Source: Azolla caroliniana
Lineage: Eukaryota > Plantae > Polypodiophyta
Length of the DNA stretch: 25,578 nt
Direction of reading: 5' to 3'
Assembly (NCBI GenBank): GCA_043228905.1
Contig: JBHGNT010000439.1
Span: 1 to 25,578, forward strand
This document shows positions 23,123 through 25,578 of this stretch, piece by piece. Position numbers and translations under genes: made by a program. Position 1 is the first letter of the stretch. Each line of letters starts with the position of its first letter. Below the pieces are notes generated by a model. It was not told the DNA's origin, did no database searches, and saw only the letters and a list, made by a program, of their open reading frames with translations.

Positions 23123-24305
23123 TGTCGTGAAGATTCGTCACTACGTGCGGATCGTGAGGCGGAACCGCTGGGGTTCTGGACCGGAAGGACTCGAAGTTTG
23201 CACTAGCTTTAGCGAGAAAGGAATTAAGATAGATTGAAAGAGAGAGAGAGAGATTGAGATAAGATAGAACGCTTGACTTTAGATTGAGAGAGATTAAGAT
23301 TGAACTCTTGACTTTAGATTTGAAGAACAAGATTGGTACATCAATTGGATAACGAATTTCTTACTTTTAATTTCTTGATTAATACATCGCCCCACTTTCT
23401 TCATTCCTCCACTCTTTTATAGATGCCCCCATGCATATGGTGCAAGACATGCACGGAATGCAGGCTTGCCATGTTATCATCTAAGCTCTCATGTATGAGA
23501 CTCTCAACTTGGAGGTGCAATGTTCAAGTCTTGCATACATCCCTTTTTAAAGAACAAAATACTATTAGGCTTTTGGTCTTGTAATTACACAAAATATCTT
23601 TAAGACACCATGCACCGCGATCAATCGATCCGTCCAATTTGCACTCGTTTGGTCCGCATCCCTAGCTGGTTCTGTCATCGGCCGATTGCCGCATCCCGAT
23701 CCGTCCAATTTGCACATCCCGAGCAGGTTCCGTCACCGGCCGATGACCGCACCTCGATCCGTCCGATTTGCACCCGTTTGGTCTACATCCCAAGCCGGTT
23801 CCGTCACTAGACTAGCCGGTCACCGGTTGTTGCCGCCTTGCCGGATCCGTCGTCAACTGCCATCGCCGGTCTGGTTTTGGTTGGCGAAAACCTTTGCAAG
23901 TAGCTAGGCCACATCCATTCATTTGATTAACTTAATTTAAGTGACCTTGACCTCTCTATGCTACACACATAGACACAAAATAATAGCTTTTGGCTTTGCT
24001 TTATATATTGTAGGATCCTTGTTTGTCCTATCTATGTGGGACATCTAACAGGTTTGTTTTTCTTTTCTTTTCTTTTCTTTTTTTCGCAACTTCATACCCA
24101 CATAACTTGACATTTATTTGTCTGTTTCAAATATTGTAAAGTACATTCAGAAGCTCTTGAAGACCTCTATCTTCCCATACCAAGATATTAAGCTAATCTA
24201 AAATAGTATCTTCACTATCATTGTTTCATGTCTTGTGTGAAGAACCACACTCGATTTTGGACATTCCTCCCAATTTTCACACCATTGCCGAAAATCTTCA
24301 CGACA
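23123..24305 (-). mobile_element. Solo LTR (1183 bp, probably Ty3/gypsy) nested in the copia LTR
   Basis: Perfect 13-bp terminal inverted repeat tgtcgtgaagatt...aatcttcacgaca; flanks acgt/atgt (4-bp TSD, one CpG transition); minus-strand CTATAAAAG at ~23415-23423 gives orientation. Confidence 0.85.
23626..23807. repeat. GC-rich tandem repeat x3 (58-71 bp) inside the solo LTR
   Basis: cgatccgtccratttgcac...catccc.agc.ggttcygtca three times. Confidence 0.9.
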
Positions 24306-24425
24306 ATGTTCTAATGGCCTCTCGGTTTACACACCGCAATGACCATATTTTGCATACGGTTTTATGCACCCAATCTACACACTGGGTTACACACCCGTTT
24401 ACGCACCCAATGTTGAGCTTATCTC

Positions 24426-25204
24426 TCAACACTCCCCCTGAAGCTCAACTTGAGGTTCCATATGCTTTTTCGGATCTTCGCTCTAGCTTCTCTTGGCTTT
24501 ACGCCTCGCTCGTGCTCCTCGACCCGTCCGATTCCGCACACCTCAACCCTTTTGGTCCGCTTGTCTACTCATGTGGCCTTTCTCAGCTCCCTTGTTGTCC
24601 CCATTTTGGCGCCTATTTTGCTGCTCTTTTCTCCGCTTGGCCCTTAGTTGATTCGGCGTATCGGAATTGAACATTATGATTGAATCGAACATTTCCGATT
24701 CATTCCCTCTTTCACTCGAATTGGTTGTCTCCAATTCGTCTTCTGTCTTCAGGCCCTTAACTACGTCCGACCATGTCTTAGTCTTGGCCTTTACGCCTTT
24801 CTTGGCTTTGTTTCCCTTTTGTTCGGCTGTCTTCGGCTCTTCCTTGCGATTACAACCCTTGTTTTTTCATTCGGCTTCTTCAGCCGGCCCGAAATCGAAT
24901 TCTTCATCTGATTCAACATCGCGGTTACTACTGCTCCTTTCATGCTCTTGTTCCTATTCTTGTCTTTCACTCAAGTTCGGCCTGTCGAGGTGACGCAACC
25001 CCAACGCAACTGAGAAATGTCGTAACTTGTCGAGACCAAGGGGCTTGGTGAAGATGTCGGCAATCTGCCGACCCGTCAGAACATACACCAGTTCAACTTC
25101 ACCAGAAAGGACACGCTCGCGAACAAAATGGTAGTGCACCTCAATGTGCTTAGTTCGAGCGTGGAATACAGGGTTTTTCGCAAGGTGGATGTTGTTGAGG
25201 TTGT
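24426..25204 (-). pseudogene. Copia pol fragment: RNase H C-terminus plus ~175-codon charged extension
   Basis: Single frame from 25202 to TGA at 24426-24428 with four internal stops (TAG, TGA, TGA, TAG) and no frameshift. Confidence 0.88.
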
Positions 25205-25578
25205 TGTTGTCCAGAGGATAGAAATGTAAAATTAGGAAATTAGCAAACGCTGAGTCCGAGTATCACGGGCCACCGATGGCTCGGCGGTGTGTTAGGGGAA
25301 AAGTTATTTAAACAAGGGGCAGTACCTCAGAAAGGGGGAGAAGAAAATTATAGGCAGAAGCACTAGCCTAGTCATTCGAATTAGATAAACTCGTAAGGTC
25401 ACCGGCCATAGGCCGTGTTCTGTAATCCGTTTTTGCCATAGTAATATATCTTATTTGTGCCTATTTTGCTGCATGAGGTTGTGGTTCGATCTATATCTAT
25501 GAGTTTCACGCCGCCACGTCTATCCAAACCTCGCTAGTGTTTTCTCTCTGAGCCCTGTATCTCTCTCGACGCCTCTGT
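25205..25578 (+). mobile_element. LTR-like sequence interrupting the copia RNase H, continues past window end
   Basis: Copia homology stops inside the conserved CDN motif; new sequence starts TGTTGT, has TATTTAAA at ~25305 and no ORF; second end not visible. Confidence 0.55.

Larger units (their letters stand above)
22760..25204 (-). mobile_element. Ty1/copia LTR retrotransposon, 3' part: RNase H end, long Pol tail, PPT (24432-24440), 3' LTR (24431 to ~22760-22831) split by a nested solo LTR
   Basis: RNase H NIHLAKNPVFHARTKHIEVHYHFVRE..QIADIFTKPL; CAGGGGGAG|TGTTGA PPT/LTR junction; TATA-like TGTATAAAAG at 23011-23020. Left LTR end uncertain. Confidence 0.9.

Noticed and set aside
24411-24431. 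tgttgag...ctcaaca as a complete 21-bp LTR
   Set aside because: Far too short; LTR-like sequence with TATA continues leftwards across the nested solo LTR.
24221-24993. Plus-strand ORFs 24221-24670, 24450-24647, 24667-24993 as antisense genes
   Set aside because: Explained as the reverse complement of the purine-rich copia tail; the first also crosses an insertion junction.

Overview
Eukaryotic (land-plant, probably fern-like; organism is inference) genomic DNA. Left half (261-12973, minus strand): 17 coding exons of an intact ABC transporter subfamily C (MRP-type) gene. I rebuilt them by hand with phase-consistent GT-AG junctions (3507 nt, 1169 codons in window); the end of NBD2 lies beyond the left edge. 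The protein starts directly at the lasso/L0 motif, so it appears to be a 'short' ABCC without TMD0. Its introns hold a long foldback hairpin, an antisense decayed PLS-PPR segment flanked by a 19-bp direct repeat, and two tandem repeats. Right half is transposon and repeat debris: a putative LTR with PPT and minisatellite just upstream of the gene, a hAT-like MITE, orphan MULE- and hAT-like ends, the 3' end of a non-LTR retrotransposon with stem-loop and (CTAT)n tail, a PLS-E PPR pseudogene, and a minus-strand Ty1/copia 3' half. The copia has a ~175-codon extension after RNase H, a solo LTR nested in its 3' LTR, and another LTR-like sequence cutting its RNase H. No rRNA, tRNA or CRISPR seen. 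Nothing here proves a new system; the best candidates are the PPR-debris retroposon, the copia Pol tail and the hairpin-array LTR.
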